Virus record (IMG/VR): IMGVR_UViG_3300008267_000108
Location: 1 to 42,669 of that record
Length of the DNA stretch: 42,669 nucleotides
Source: a virus
Taxonomy: Duplodnaviria; Caudoviricetes
Direction: 5' to 3' (one strand)
The first letter of the stretch is position 1, and each line of letters starts with the position of its first letter. The position numbers and the translations under genes were made by a program. Shown piece after piece: positions 1 to 10,118 of this stretch. The notes under the pieces are model-generated. The model was not told where the DNA came from. It worked only from the letters and a program-made list of their open reading frames with translations, and searched no databases.

Positions 1-1
1 G

Positions 2-1057
2 ACAGCCCTAAAAGAAGCAGCTTATAAAAATGCAGAGGCTGCTATACTTGAAAAGTATTCAATTGAAATTAAAGATGCATTGAAAGTATTATTAGAGGCC
101 GAAGGTGACGACCCATTAGCTCTTGACCCAAATGCCCCTGCTGTTCCGAGCAATGCTCCAACTACATCTGGCGCAACTGGTGCCCCTGCCGCAGATATTA
201 AAGAAGTTCCACCAGCAGCTACAGAAAATGATAAACTCTGCAAATGTCCAGAAGAAGACGAAGTAGTTGAGATTCCTCTTGATAAACTTGCAGCCGCTGT
301 TGAGAAAGAGGAAACAGAGATGGGTGGTCCCGGTGGTTCACAAACATTAAGTCGTGAAGATGATTTGTTTCCAGCACTAACAGAAGGCAAGAACCTTTAT
401 AAGATTGATACCAGATTATTAAGAGAAAACAATCAAGTATTAGAATTAGATAAAGATGATTTGCTTTCTGTATTAGAAGAAGAGGCAGAGTTTACACTTG
501 ACTTTGACCCAACCTATAGAGGTACAGAGTGGTCGCTTGATGGTCGCGATAGTGACCAAAAGCAAGAAAGAACACTTGCGAAACTTTCTAAGTCTCTCAA
601 AGATAAAAATACAGAAGTTGAGAAGCTTAAGAAAGATAAAAAAGATTTAAATGAAAAAATGAAAGAGCTTTTGACTATAACAGCAGCTCTTGCCGATAAG
701 GTAGAAAGATATGAAAATGTCGTACCTACCCTTAAGGAAAAGCTTGACGCATTTGCTTTGTCTAACGCCAAGCTTCTTTATACCAATCGCGTTTTAAGCA
801 ACGCCTCCTTGAATGAGCGACAAAAAAATAAAATTGTCGAAACGCTTTCAAACGCTAAAACACCCGACGAAGCAAAAACAATTTTTGAAACTCTTCAAAG
901 CGCGGTGCCAGCAGCAAATGTAAATGCTGCTCCTAAATCACTAAACGAAGCAGTAACAAGAAATGTAATATCTTCACTCTCTGGTAGAAGAGAAAAAGAA
1001 ATCACTCAAGTTCCACAACTAGAGAGAATGCAAATTTTAGCAGGAATTAAAAAATAA
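2..1057 (+). CDS. Prohead core/scaffolding protein (5' truncated by the window)
   Basis: Frame is open from base 2 (TALKEAVIKNAEAAILEKYS...), upstream of the track's TTG at 80. Acidic region, coiled coil, many LxE sites, C-terminal RMQILAGI, and position directly before the major capsid gene. Confidence 0.75.
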   Translation, partial: TALKEAAYKNAEAAILEKYSIEIKDALKVLLEAEGDDPLALDPNAPAVPSNAPTTSGATGAPAADIKEVPPAATENDKLCKCPEEDEVVEIPLDKLAAAVEKEETEMGGPGGSQTLSREDDLFPALTEGKNLYKIDTRLLRENNQVLELDKDDLLSVLEEEAEFTLDFDPTYRGTEWSLDGRDSDQKQERTLAKLSKSLKDKNTEVEKLKKDKKDLNEKMKELLTITAALADKVERYENVVPTLKEKLDAFALSNAKLLYTNRVLSNASLNERQKNKIVETLSNAKTPDEAKTIFETLQSAVPAANVNAAPKSLNEAVTRNVISSLSGRREKEITQVPQLERMQILAGIKK

Positions 1058-1075
1058 CATTTAAGGAGTTATATA

Positions 1076-2764
1076 ATGTCAATCGTACAAAAATTAACTG
1101 AAGGCATGGTACAACGTGACCTTCAAAAAGAAGGTGCAGCCCTTCTTACCAAGTGGGAAAAGACTGGTCTTCTAGAGGGCATCTCTGACGACCGCAAGCG
1201 TGCTGGTATGGCCGTTCTTCTTGAGAACCAAGCCAAAGAGCTTCTTCGCGAAGCATCAGTAATGGCTGGTGGCGACGTTGAAGGTTTCGCCTCAGTAGCA
1301 TTCCCAATCGTTCGTCGTGTATTCGCCCAATTGATTGCTAACGACCTCGTTAGCGTTCAACCAATGAGCCTTCCATCTGGTCTTATCTTCTTCCTCGACT
1401 TCAAGTACACCAATACCAAACTTGGTGCAACTGCTGGTGAGTCACCATATGCTCAAGGCATTCTTGGTCGTGAAGTAACAGGCGGTGTTAACCTTGGTCA
1501 AACAGGTGGTGTAGAAAAAGGCTTCTACAGCATGAACAACGGTTATTCATCACCAACAGCTTCAGTACCAGTTGATTCACGTACCGTTGTATTAGCCAAT
1601 ACAGCAGTAAGTTCTTTAACAGAAGCACAAAAGGCTTATATCCGTTGGGACCAAGACTTAATTGATGCTGGTGGTTATGTATCAGTTTATGATTTAACTC
1701 TTACAACAGCAAATTGGCAAAAGCTCAACAAGCAAAACTTCGTTGCTTGGAAAGTTGTTGACGGTGCATCTGGTTCAGCACCAGTACGTCGTCTTACTGA
1801 TGCAACTACCGCTTTAAATACAGTAAGAGTTGTACTCTATAGTGCCAGTTCATTTGGTGCTTTGGTTGCTGGCGACCTCGATATTGAGGCTCCAACTGTT
1901 GACCAATTCCAAACCTCACCAGCGGGCGTTGACGCTCTTGGTGCAATTGCTGGTGCAGGTACTAGCACATGGGGTCTTGAGAATTCAACAGCAATCCCAG
2001 AGATTGATATCAAAGTTGATTCAATCAGCGTAACTGCTATCACCAAGAAACTCAAGGCCAAGTGGTCACCAGAATTGGGTCAAGACCTCAACGCATACCA
2101 CAATTTGGATGCAGAAGTTGAGCTTACCTCAATTTTGTCAGAGCATGTAGCCCTTGAAATCGACCGTGAAATCATGGAAGACCTTATCAAAGGTGCAACC
2201 GCTGGTACTTATTACTGGTCACGTTCACCCGGCCTCTTCGTCAACAAGACCACAGGCTTGGAGATTGGTGCAACAGCTAAGGCTCCAGACTTCACAGGTA
2301 CTGTCTCAGCATGGTATGAAACACTAATTGAAACAATTAATGACGTATCAGCCCAAATCCACAGAAAGACATTACGTGGTGGTGCAAACTTCCTCGTATG
2401 CGGTCCAGAAGTTGCTAATATTCTTGAGTTCACCTCTGGCTTCAGAGCCAAGGTTTCTCACGAAGACGAGAAGGGCGAAGTTGGCGCAGTCAACGTTGGC
2501 TCAATCTCTAAGAAGTGGGATGTATACGTTGCAGCAGACTTCCTCCGTAACGTAATCCTCGTTGGTCGTAAGGGTAGCTCCTTCCTTGAAAGTGGCTATG
2601 TATACGCTCCATACGTACCACTCCAAGTCACTCCAACCATCTTTGGTCAAGAGGACTTCGTTCCACGTAAAGGCGTAATGACTCGTTACGCCAAGAAGAT
2701 GGTAAGACCAGATATGTACGGTCTTGTCATTGTCCGTGGCTTACTCGGTGAGGCAGGTAGCTAA
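1076..2764 (+). CDS. Major capsid protein, T4 gp23-like, with an internal insertion
   Basis: Motifs PIVRRVF..LIANDLVSVQPM..PSGLIF, KLKAKWSPELGQDL.AYH.LDAE.EL, EIDREI and GYVYAPYVPL...F.PRKGVMTRYA. AAGGAG RBS. Confidence 0.95.
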   Translation: MSIVQKLTEGMVQRDLQKEGAALLTKWEKTGLLEGISDDRKRAGMAVLLENQAKELLREASVMAGGDVEGFASVAFPIVRRVFAQLIANDLVSVQPMSLPSGLIFFLDFKYTNTKLGATAGESPYAQGILGREVTGGVNLGQTGGVEKGFYSMNNGYSSPTASVPVDSRTVVLANTAVSSLTEAQKAYIRWDQDLIDAGGYVSVYDLTLTTANWQKLNKQNFVAWKVVDGASGSAPVRRLTDATTALNTVRVVLYSASSFGALVAGDLDIEAPTVDQFQTSPAGVDALGAIAGAGTSTWGLENSTAIPEIDIKVDSISVTAITKKLKAKWSPELGQDLNAYHNLDAEVELTSILSEHVALEIDREIMEDLIKGATAGTYYWSRSPGLFVNKTTGLEIGATAKAPDFTGTVSAWYETLIETINDVSAQIHRKTLRGGANFLVCGPEVANILEFTSGFRAKVSHEDEKGEVGAVNVGSISKKWDVYVAADFLRNVILVGRKGSSFLESGYVYAPYVPLQVTPTIFGQEDFVPRKGVMTRYAKKMVRPDMYGLVIVRGLLGEAGS

Positions 2765-2784
2765 TCTATCTTAGATAGATAAAC

Positions 2785-2818
2785 AAACCCCCGATTAGAA
2801 ATAATCGGGGGTTTTGTT
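2785..2818 (+). terminator. Intrinsic terminator after the capsid gene
   Basis: AAACCCCCGATT / AATCGGGGGTTT stem followed by a T-rich tail. Confidence 0.9.
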
Positions 2819-2827
2819 ATATTTGTT

Positions 2828-2835
2828 ACTATTTA
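2828..2835 (+). promoter_or_regulatory. Putative late promoter ACTATTTA
   Basis: Recurrent 8-mer upstream of structural genes; here directly after a terminator. Confidence 0.7.
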
Positions 2836-2888
2836 TAATTGATATTGGTTAAAAACCAAATTACACAATAATTGGAGGATTTTATAAA

Positions 2889-3293
2889 ATGGCTGGTAAA
2901 CTTTCTTTAGGTAGAATGAAGGCTCTTCTCGCTGGTAATGCAATGACTTCTATTTCTACTGCTGATGATGCAACTGTAGGTTCTGGTTTAGTTCTTAGCG
3001 ACGTTGGCACAGTAGCAGCTAGCGGTAGCACAATTTCCGATGCTGCTGCTGTTGCAACACACGTTGCAATCGTAACTGCTGCTGATGGTACAAAAGGTGT
3101 CAAACTCCCAACGGGCGCAACAACTGGCGAAGTTTATGTTGTAGGTAATCACGCTGCTGCAATATTGAAGCTTTATGCTACTAGCGAAACATTAAATGGT
3201 GTTGCTGGAGCTACTGGTTTGTCAGTTAGTGGTTCTGCTGCTGCTCTCTGTATCAAGAGCGGTGCATCTACTTGGACAGTAGTTCTTCCATAA
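2889..3293 (+). CDS. Small Ala/Gly/Thr-rich virion protein (possible head decoration or fibre)
   Basis: GGAGG RBS, own late motif and terminator, located between capsid and neck genes. Function inferred from position. Confidence 0.5.
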   Translation: MAGKLSLGRMKALLAGNAMTSISTADDATVGSGLVLSDVGTVAASGSTISDAAAVATHVAIVTAADGTKGVKLPTGATTGEVYVVGNHAAAILKLYATSETLNGVAGATGLSVSGSAAALCIKSGASTWTVVLP

Positions 3294-3313
3294 CATTTAG
3301 GTTAGTTTAAAAA

Positions 3314-3344
3314 GAAGCCCTCCTTATTTGGAGGGTTTTCTTTT
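3314..3344 (+). terminator. Intrinsic terminator
   Basis: GAAGCCCTCC-ttattt-GGAGGGTTTTC followed by TTTT. Confidence 0.85.
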
Positions 3345-3351
3345 ATTTATA

Positions 3352-3359
3352 ACTATTTA
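3352..3359 (+). promoter_or_regulatory. Putative late promoter ACTATTTA
   Basis: Motif between the terminator and the RBS of the neck gene. Confidence 0.7.
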
Positions 3360-3381
3360 CCATTGAAGGAGTATCTTCTTA

Positions 3382-4659
3382 ATGGCAGTTCCAAATTTGC
3401 TTCCACAAAGCACTTTAAGTGCAGTAGTCTTACCAGTTACTGGAAGCCCATCAGAAGTCACACAATATTTACCATTTGCAGTATACTCTGGCTCAACATC
3501 GTTCCTTTCGGGTGCTTCTGACCAAGTTGCTTATGTTTATAAGAAATTAGGTGGCGATGTATTAGATATTGAATTAACAGTTGGTAATGTCTATGCTGCT
3601 TATGAAGAAGCAGTATTGGAATACTCATATCTTATTAATCTTCATCAAGCACAAAACTCACTACCAACGTTACTTGGAAAAACAACTGGTACGTTTGACC
3701 ATACTGGTGAATTAACAAATGATATTGGTGGCAAAGCAGAATTAGCCTATCCAAAATATAATTTAGATTATCTACGTCACTTTGGCGATGCGTTTGCTCA
3801 AGAGGCTGGTATAGGAATGAACTCCTCAATTTATTCAGCGTCAATACCAATAGTAGAAGAGCAACAAGATTACGATATTCAAGCTATAATACAGTCAGCT
3901 TCATTAAATAACTACGACCCAGCATCTGGCGGTCCTGTTCCATTCTTTGGTTCGTTAGCTGGAAAAAAGATAACTGTAAGAAGATTTTATTACAAAACAC
4001 CAGCTTCAATGTGGAGATTCTTTGGTTACTATGGCGGTCTTAACGTAATTGGTAATTTATCAACTTACGGTCAATATGCGGACGATAGTACATTTGAGGT
4101 AATTCCTGCATGGCATAATAAATTGCAAGCTATGGCATATGAGACTTCAATCTACACAAGAAATTCCCATTACTCATATGAGATTATAAATAACAAACTT
4201 AGAATCTTTCCAGTTCCAAATTCGTTCACCCCATCGTATTTTTGGATTGACTTCAGCGTAGAAGAAGATGGTTGGAAAACAAGTAATAATGATGCTGGTA
4301 CAAATCAATCTGCTGGTATCAACAACATGAACACACTTCCGTTTGCTAATTTACCATATGAGAATATTAACTCTATTGGTAAGCAATGGATTAGAAGATT
4401 TTGCTTGGCTCTCTGCAAAGAGATACTTGGTCAAATACGTTCTAAGTTTGCAACTATACCAATTCCCGGTGAGTCTGTCACACTCAATGGTGCGGCTTTG
4501 ATAAGCGAAGCTAAAGAATTACAAGAGAAGTTGAGAGAAGAACTTAAGACTACACTTGAGAAAATAACATATAGCAAATTAGCAGAACAAACAGCAAACG
4601 ATGCAGAGAATCTACAAAAAACTGTATCTAAAGTACCACAAAATATATTTGTAGGATAA
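3382..4659 (+). CDS. Neck / head-tail adaptor, T4 gp13-like
   Basis: YVYKKLGG.VLDIEL, KLRIFPVP, WIRRFCLALCKEILGQIRSKF..IPIPG..VTLNG..L..EA and terminal P..IFVG. Confidence 0.85.
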   Translation: MAVPNLLPQSTLSAVVLPVTGSPSEVTQYLPFAVYSGSTSFLSGASDQVAYVYKKLGGDVLDIELTVGNVYAAYEEAVLEYSYLINLHQAQNSLPTLLGKTTGTFDHTGELTNDIGGKAELAYPKYNLDYLRHFGDAFAQEAGIGMNSSIYSASIPIVEEQQDYDIQAIIQSASLNNYDPASGGPVPFFGSLAGKKITVRRFYYKTPASMWRFFGYYGGLNVIGNLSTYGQYADDSTFEVIPAWHNKLQAMAYETSIYTRNSHYSYEIINNKLRIFPVPNSFTPSYFWIDFSVEEDGWKTSNNDAGTNQSAGINNMNTLPFANLPYENINSIGKQWIRRFCLALCKEILGQIRSKFATIPIPGESVTLNGAALISEAKELQEKLREELKTTLEKITYSKLAEQTANDAENLQKTVSKVPQNIFVG

Positions 4660-4660
4660 C

Positions 4661-5461
4661 ATGGAAGAAACAAGAGAACTACATTTTAATCCATCTACAA
4701 TAGAAACTGTGGATACTGCTTTTTATGAATGGGTTAACGAAACAATGAATGTTTGGGCACAAACATCTGAGGGCTGGAAAAAAGTTCCTGTCATATGGCT
4801 ATCAGCAGAACGTGCTTATCAAATCAAATCAGATAAGGATATAAGAGATTCTTCTGGTATGGTTAAGCTTCCTATTATTACAATTGAAAGAACCTCCATA
4901 AATAAAGACCCTGCTAAAACAGGTGGTTTTCCAGCCAACGTTAGACCAATTAACGATGAACAAGGTGGTTACTTAACAGTTGCCAAAGTGATAAACCAAG
5001 AGAAATCAAATAACTTTACCAGAGCTACAGTAGCAAACAAAAGATTCAGCTTGCGTGACCCTAGAGCGATTACAAAAACAGTATATCAAACCATAACTGT
5101 ACCTATTCCTGTACATTTAAATATAACATATGCTTTAAATATAAAGTGTGAATTTATGCAACAACTTAATCAAGTTATAACTCCTTTCTTTGCAAAGAAT
5201 GGAAACACTAAACATTTTGTTTTTACATCAAAAGATAAGCATAAATTTGAAGCATTTATAAAAGGTGATTTTGGTACAACAAGTAATTCAAACAATCTTG
5301 CAGAAGAAAGAAAGTTATATACTTCAAAAATAGAAATTGAAGTGTTGGGGAGAATTTTTGGTTCTGACTTAAACCAAGAAAAACCAAAGATAGTAATAAG
5401 AGAAAATGCAGTAGAAGTCAAGATTCCAAGAGAAAGGGTTATAACAAAGAATAATGGTTAA
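4661..5461 (+). CDS. Tail terminator / sheath stabiliser, T4 gp15-like
   Basis: KVPVIW..AER, LPIITIER, PVHLNITYAL and QLNQVI motifs; located just before the sheath gene. Confidence 0.65.
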   Translation: MEETRELHFNPSTIETVDTAFYEWVNETMNVWAQTSEGWKKVPVIWLSAERAYQIKSDKDIRDSSGMVKLPIITIERTSINKDPAKTGGFPANVRPINDEQGGYLTVAKVINQEKSNNFTRATVANKRFSLRDPRAITKTVYQTITVPIPVHLNITYALNIKCEFMQQLNQVITPFFAKNGNTKHFVFTSKDKHKFEAFIKGDFGTTSNSNNLAEERKLYTSKIEIEVLGRIFGSDLNQEKPKIVIRENAVEVKIPRERVITKNNG

Positions 5462-5495
5462 TAAAACTATTATTAGTCTTTTTGACTTTTGTTCT

Positions 5496-5503
5496 ACTAT
5501 TTA
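5496..5503 (+). promoter_or_regulatory. Putative late promoter ACTATTTA
   Basis: Intergenic motif upstream of the sheath gene. Confidence 0.7.
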
Positions 5504-5544
5504 TTTATGATTTTCAATATTTATAATGTTAGGAGATATTAGGA

Positions 5545-8367
5545 ATGGCTGCAACTAGATTTAAATTTGTTTCTCCCGGTGTATTTGTCAACGAAATTGA
5601 CAACTCACAATTATCTGCAACCCCATTTGGTGTTGGACCAACTGTAATTGGTAGATTTGAACGTGGACCTGCTATGCGCCCTGTTCGTATCTCCTCTGTC
5701 AATGAGTTAACCGAAATCTTTGGTAATCCTATAGCTGGTCGTAGAGGCGGCGATGTATGGCGCGACGGCAACAAATTAGGCCCAACATATGCAGCTTATG
5801 CAGCACAAGCATGGTTAACTAATAACTCCTCTATTAACATTGTAAGACTTCTTGGTACACAACACGTTAGCGTTGTAAATGGTACTGAAGGTTCCGCTGG
5901 TTGGCAAACAGATGCAACCAATCCAGCAACTGGTGGCGGCGCATATGGTTTGTTCTTGGCTAATTCCGCTTCTGCTGGTGTTGCAACAACTGGTACTTTA
6001 GCAGCCGTGTGGTATCTCAACGAAGGTTCGATAGCCCTGTCTGGTACTAGAGCAGGTACTGTTTCAACCACAGTTTCTGGCTCAAATGTACTACTAAAGT
6101 CACAAGGAGAAAACTCAGAATTCAAAGCAGAAATATACAACTCTGCTGGTACAAAAGTTGAAACAATTTCATTCAACTTTAATTCTGACTCTGCTAAATA
6201 TATTAGAAAAGTATTCAATACCACACCAGCATTAACAAATGATGTAATCACAAGAACAGCAAATGTTAAAACATATTGGCTTGGAGAGTCGTTCACAAGA
6301 GCGCATGACGAATATGTAACCAACACCACTACTGGTGAAGTTTATGGTTTCATTGCTCCTCTTGCTAGCGGTAGCGCATATGGTGCAATACACAGAAGAC
6401 CAATGGCACCAGCAAAAACTGGTTATGTAATTGGACAAGATTTGTCAACCGATTATGCCTCATTCAATATTGAGGCTATGCCAAAACTGTTCAGAATTTC
6501 CGCTATCGATTCTGGTGAGTGGGAAAGCAAGAATCTTAAAATTGCTATCGAAGATATCAAGGGTCCAAGAAATACATATGAGTCATATGGTACATTTAGT
6601 TTGAGTGTACGTTATGCTTATGACACAGACGCTACACCACAAGTATTGGAAAGATTTAACGGCTTAACACTTGACCCAAATTCTAGTAACTATGTTGCCA
6701 GAAGAATTGGTGATGCATACATTGCTTGGTCTGATTCAGAGAAACGTTACAAAGAATATGGTAACTTTGCTAATCAATCTAAATACATTTATGTAGAGAT
6801 GGAACAAGAAGTAGACCAAGGCTTAACAGACCCATTGTTAATTCCATTTGGTTTCTATGGTCCACCAGTTTTTAATTCATTCGTTGTTAACAGCGGCTCT
6901 GCTGTACCAACAAACTCTTTTGCCAATAGAAGTGCATTAAGAGCAACTACTGTAACACCAATGGTAGATGTTGGAACATTGAATTTCACAGGCTCATTTA
7001 GCTTCCCAACAGTCGCTCTAAGAGTATCAGCATCAGATGCTGGTTTGTCACAACCAACCAGAGCATTCTTTGGATTTGACACAACAAAGAAAGAATATCG
7101 CTCAATTATCGATAAATCATATCAAGATGTATTACTCCCACCACCATCTATGTATACCAACTACATTGCCAATGAAGCCAATAGAACCACATCATTCATT
7201 TTCTCACTAGATGATGTAGTTCCTTCTTCAACTGGTGCATACTGGTTGTCTGGCTCAAGAGTAGGTAATACTTCATACACAGCTATAAGCTCAAGTGTTG
7301 AGGGTGTCAACGGTGGTTATGCAGCAGTATTAGCCGCTGGTTATGACCAATTCTTAATGCCACTATACGGTGGTTCAGATGGTCTAGATATCACCGAAGC
7401 AGAACCATTCAGAAACAATCTTATTGATGGTACTAAGACAGAACTAAATAGTTCCGTTTACTACACATTAAGACGCTCTGTAGATACAGTAGCCGACCCA
7501 GAAAGAGTTGTAACTGATATCATTACAATTCCCGGTGTTACCGCTGCTCAAATTACAGACCACGTTCTTGCTACTTGTGAAGATAGAGGTGATGCACTTG
7601 CTATCATCGACCTTCCAAACGCTTACATCCCAGAGACAGAATCTACTGCCTCTGTTGCTGAGAGAACTGCAACAACTGTTTCAACAATCGTTAGTGACTT
7701 GAGAGCAAGAGCAATTAATAATAGCTACGGTACTACCTACTATCCTTGGGTACAAATAAGAGACACTATTAGCAATCAAAACGTTTGGGTTCCACCATCC
7801 GTAATTGCTCTTGGTGCGCTCTCTTATGGTCAAGCATCACAAGAACTTTGGTTTGCTCCTGCTGGTTTCACAAGAGGTGGCTTGTCCTCTGGTAATGCTG
7901 GTTTGCCAGTACTCTCTGTATCTGCCAAACTATCAGCCGCAGAGCGCGACGATTTGTATGAAGCCAATATTAATCCAATTGCTTCATTCCCAGCAGAAGG
8001 TATTGTAATCTTTGGTCAAAAGACACTTCAAGTTACCCCATCTGCACTCGACAGAATTAACGTTCGTAGATTGATGATTTACTTGAAGAGAGAGATTTCA
8101 ATCATTGCTTCTACTCTTCTCTTTGACCAAAACGTTCAAACAACTTGGGATAGATTTAAGGCTCAAGTTGAACCACTCTTGGCTTCTGTCAAGTCAAGAC
8201 TTGGTTTGACTGATTATAAGGTTGTTCTTGATGCAACAACTACAACACCAGATTTAGTTGATAGAAACATACTATACGCTAAAGTATTCTTGAAACCAGC
8301 AAGAGCCATTGAATTCATAGTAATTGACTTCAATATTACAAGAAGCGGTGCGTCTTTTGCAGATTAA
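5545..8367 (+). CDS. Contractile tail sheath protein, gp18-like
   Basis: FVSPGVFVNEID, YYPWV, VPPS, WFAPAG..RG, INPIA.FP..GIVIFGQKTLQ..PSALDRINVRRL and P.RAIEFI. Confidence 0.95.
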   Translation: MAATRFKFVSPGVFVNEIDNSQLSATPFGVGPTVIGRFERGPAMRPVRISSVNELTEIFGNPIAGRRGGDVWRDGNKLGPTYAAYAAQAWLTNNSSINIVRLLGTQHVSVVNGTEGSAGWQTDATNPATGGGAYGLFLANSASAGVATTGTLAAVWYLNEGSIALSGTRAGTVSTTVSGSNVLLKSQGENSEFKAEIYNSAGTKVETISFNFNSDSAKYIRKVFNTTPALTNDVITRTANVKTYWLGESFTRAHDEYVTNTTTGEVYGFIAPLASGSAYGAIHRRPMAPAKTGYVIGQDLSTDYASFNIEAMPKLFRISAIDSGEWESKNLKIAIEDIKGPRNTYESYGTFSLSVRYAYDTDATPQVLERFNGLTLDPNSSNYVARRIGDAYIAWSDSEKRYKEYGNFANQSKYIYVEMEQEVDQGLTDPLLIPFGFYGPPVFNSFVVNSGSAVPTNSFANRSALRATTVTPMVDVGTLNFTGSFSFPTVALRVSASDAGLSQPTRAFFGFDTTKKEYRSIIDKSYQDVLLPPPSMYTNYIANEANRTTSFIFSLDDVVPSSTGAYWLSGSRVGNTSYTAISSSVEGVNGGYAAVLAAGYDQFLMPLYGGSDGLDITEAEPFRNNLIDGTKTELNSSVYYTLRRSVDTVADPERVVTDIITIPGVTAAQITDHVLATCEDRGDALAIIDLPNAYIPETESTASVAERTATTVSTIVSDLRARAINNSYGTTYYPWVQIRDTISNQNVWVPPSVIALGALSYGQASQELWFAPAGFTRGGLSSGNAGLPVLSVSAKLSAAERDDLYEANINPIASFPAEGIVIFGQKTLQVTPSALDRINVRRLMIYLKREISIIASTLLFDQNVQTTWDRFKAQVEPLLASVKSRLGLTDYKVVLDATTTTPDLVDRNILYAKVFLKPARAIEFIVIDFNITRSGASFAD

Positions 8368-8368
8368 T

Positions 8369-8376
8369 ACTATTTA
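8369..8376 (+). promoter_or_regulatory. Putative late promoter ACTATTTA
   Basis: Motif in the 28-bp gap between the sheath and tube genes. Confidence 0.7.
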
Positions 8377-8395
8377 AATTTAGGAGTTTATAACA

Positions 8396-9049
8396 ATGGC
8401 AACATTCTGGAGTGATGCACAAATTGAACCAAAGAGAAAGTTCAAGTTTCTTCTTGAAATAACAGGTCGTGATGATAGTACTAAGATACCAACTTTTGTT
8501 GTTAAAAAAGTTACTAAACCATCATTCTCTATCTCTGAATCAAAGCATACTTTTCTATCACATAACTTTTATTTCCCCGGTAAATTAGAGTGGAAAGAAG
8601 TTGATTTAACAATCGTAGACGCTGGTGGATACAACGAAAAAGATGCATCTGCTGGTGCTGGTACTGAGAAAAATGGTGTACTACAAACTGGTACAAACAT
8701 GAGCAAGACTATCATGAATATCTTGACTGAGTTTGGTTATCAGAATCCAGAATCGGTAGCTACAAATTTAGCTGCTGGCTTCTCCGGTGGAACATTAAAA
8801 ACTTTCTCTAAGTTTGCTGGTAGCGATGTTCTCGGTTCAATTACAATCAGACAAGTTGATTCAAACGGTTCTGTAGTTGATACTTGGACGTTAAAAAATG
8901 CTTGGATTAAGGATATTAACTTTGGTGAAGGTGATTATTCATCAGACGATTTAGTCGAAGTACAACTCAAATTAAGATATGATTGGGCTGAATACGTCGA
9001 AGGTGATGGTTCTACTGGAGCCACAATATATCCACCACGTACTCCATAA
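8396..9049 (+). CDS. Tail tube protein, gp19-like
   Basis: EPKRKFKF, KPSF, YFPGKLEW and WTLKNAW...INFGE.DY.SD.LVEV.L.LRYDWA; follows the sheath gene. Confidence 0.9.
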   Translation: MATFWSDAQIEPKRKFKFLLEITGRDDSTKIPTFVVKKVTKPSFSISESKHTFLSHNFYFPGKLEWKEVDLTIVDAGGYNEKDASAGAGTEKNGVLQTGTNMSKTIMNILTEFGYQNPESVATNLAAGFSGGTLKTFSKFAGSDVLGSITIRQVDSNGSVVDTWTLKNAWIKDINFGEGDYSSDDLVEVQLKLRYDWAEYVEGDGSTGATIYPPRTP

Positions 9050-9073
9050 CAATTTAGATAATCTGAGTGATAA

Positions 9074-10090
9074 ATGCCAGTTCCACCTCCATACTTTTTT
9101 AATCATACTTATATTGACCCAAAAAGAAAATATAAGTTTGTTACTAAGTTTGAAGGTGGACTTATTAATGAGCTATATCCAAATCATGAGTATGTTTGGT
9201 TCATTAAAAGTTGTACAAAACCAAGAGTTTCTATAACCACAAAAAATGCAGACGACGAAGATACTAGAGTATTTTTTGGTAACGTACCAGATGCTAATAA
9301 AAGAATGCTCGGACAGCCAACGTGGCAAAATATTACCATCAAACTAATAAACCCATTCAGTCACACATTTAAGCCTTTGGCTGATAATCTGGATACAGCA
9401 GGAACTGAACAAATTCCTCTACCAGACGTTGACGATTTTCTATCTCGCATCATAGCTGATATTGACCCAGCCCAAGGCGGCGGCAGTATTTATGCAACAA
9501 CACACGCAAGTACTGGTAAGAATTTTAGCACTAAACTAGAAGCAATAGGTGCTTATTATAACAGTATCTCTGATGCCGATGAATCTACTACATTTACAAG
9601 CTTAAGCATGGAAGACCAATATAAAGAAGCTGCAAAAGCTGGTTTTCGTTCTACAGGTGCTACAGGTGCTAGTAAAACAGATTTGGCACAAACAAACTGT
9701 AAATCAATAGCAGACATATCAAAAAGAGCTACTTGTTCGTTTGCAAAATATTTTGGCTTATTACGTATTTACGATATGGGTAATGGATATTATACTTATG
9801 AAGAAGCTCGTCAAGTTTTATCCAAACCAACGGAAGAAACAAAAAAGCTAGCACCATCAAAACATAATGTAGAAAGAAATACTGTTTTTACCCTTGGCGA
9901 TACATTTGTAATGGGTTATTGGTCTTTGCAAAATCCTTGGATTGTATCAATCGATAATGGTTCACACGAATATGCTAGTGATGAATTTCAAGAATATACA
10001 ATAGAAATAGGATACGAAAGTGCAAAATATTACTCATTAATGCGTAAAGATGCAGTAGAAGAAATGTTAAAATTAAAAGGTCTAGCCTAA
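9074..10090 (+). CDS. Second tail-tube-fold protein with a central insertion
   Basis: Parallels the 8396 protein at both ends (DPKRKYKF, KPRVSI, WQNITI, WSLQNPWI, EYASDE..EYTIEIGYE). Confidence 0.7.
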   Translation: MPVPPPYFFNHTYIDPKRKYKFVTKFEGGLINELYPNHEYVWFIKSCTKPRVSITTKNADDEDTRVFFGNVPDANKRMLGQPTWQNITIKLINPFSHTFKPLADNLDTAGTEQIPLPDVDDFLSRIIADIDPAQGGGSIYATTHASTGKNFSTKLEAIGAYYNSISDADESTTFTSLSMEDQYKEAAKAGFRSTGATGASKTDLAQTNCKSIADISKRATCSFAKYFGLLRIYDMGNGYYTYEEARQVLSKPTEETKKLAPSKHNVERNTVFTLGDTFVMGYWSLQNPWIVSIDNGSHEYASDEFQEYTIEIGYESAKYYSLMRKDAVEEMLKLKGLA

Positions 10091-10118
10091 ATAAAATAAT
10101 TATAAACTAGAGGTAGTT

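Noticed and set aside
2764-2780. Small hairpin ATCTATC-TTA-GATAGAT after the capsid stop
   Set aside because: A weak AT-rich stem beside a much stronger terminator; no independent role can be supported.
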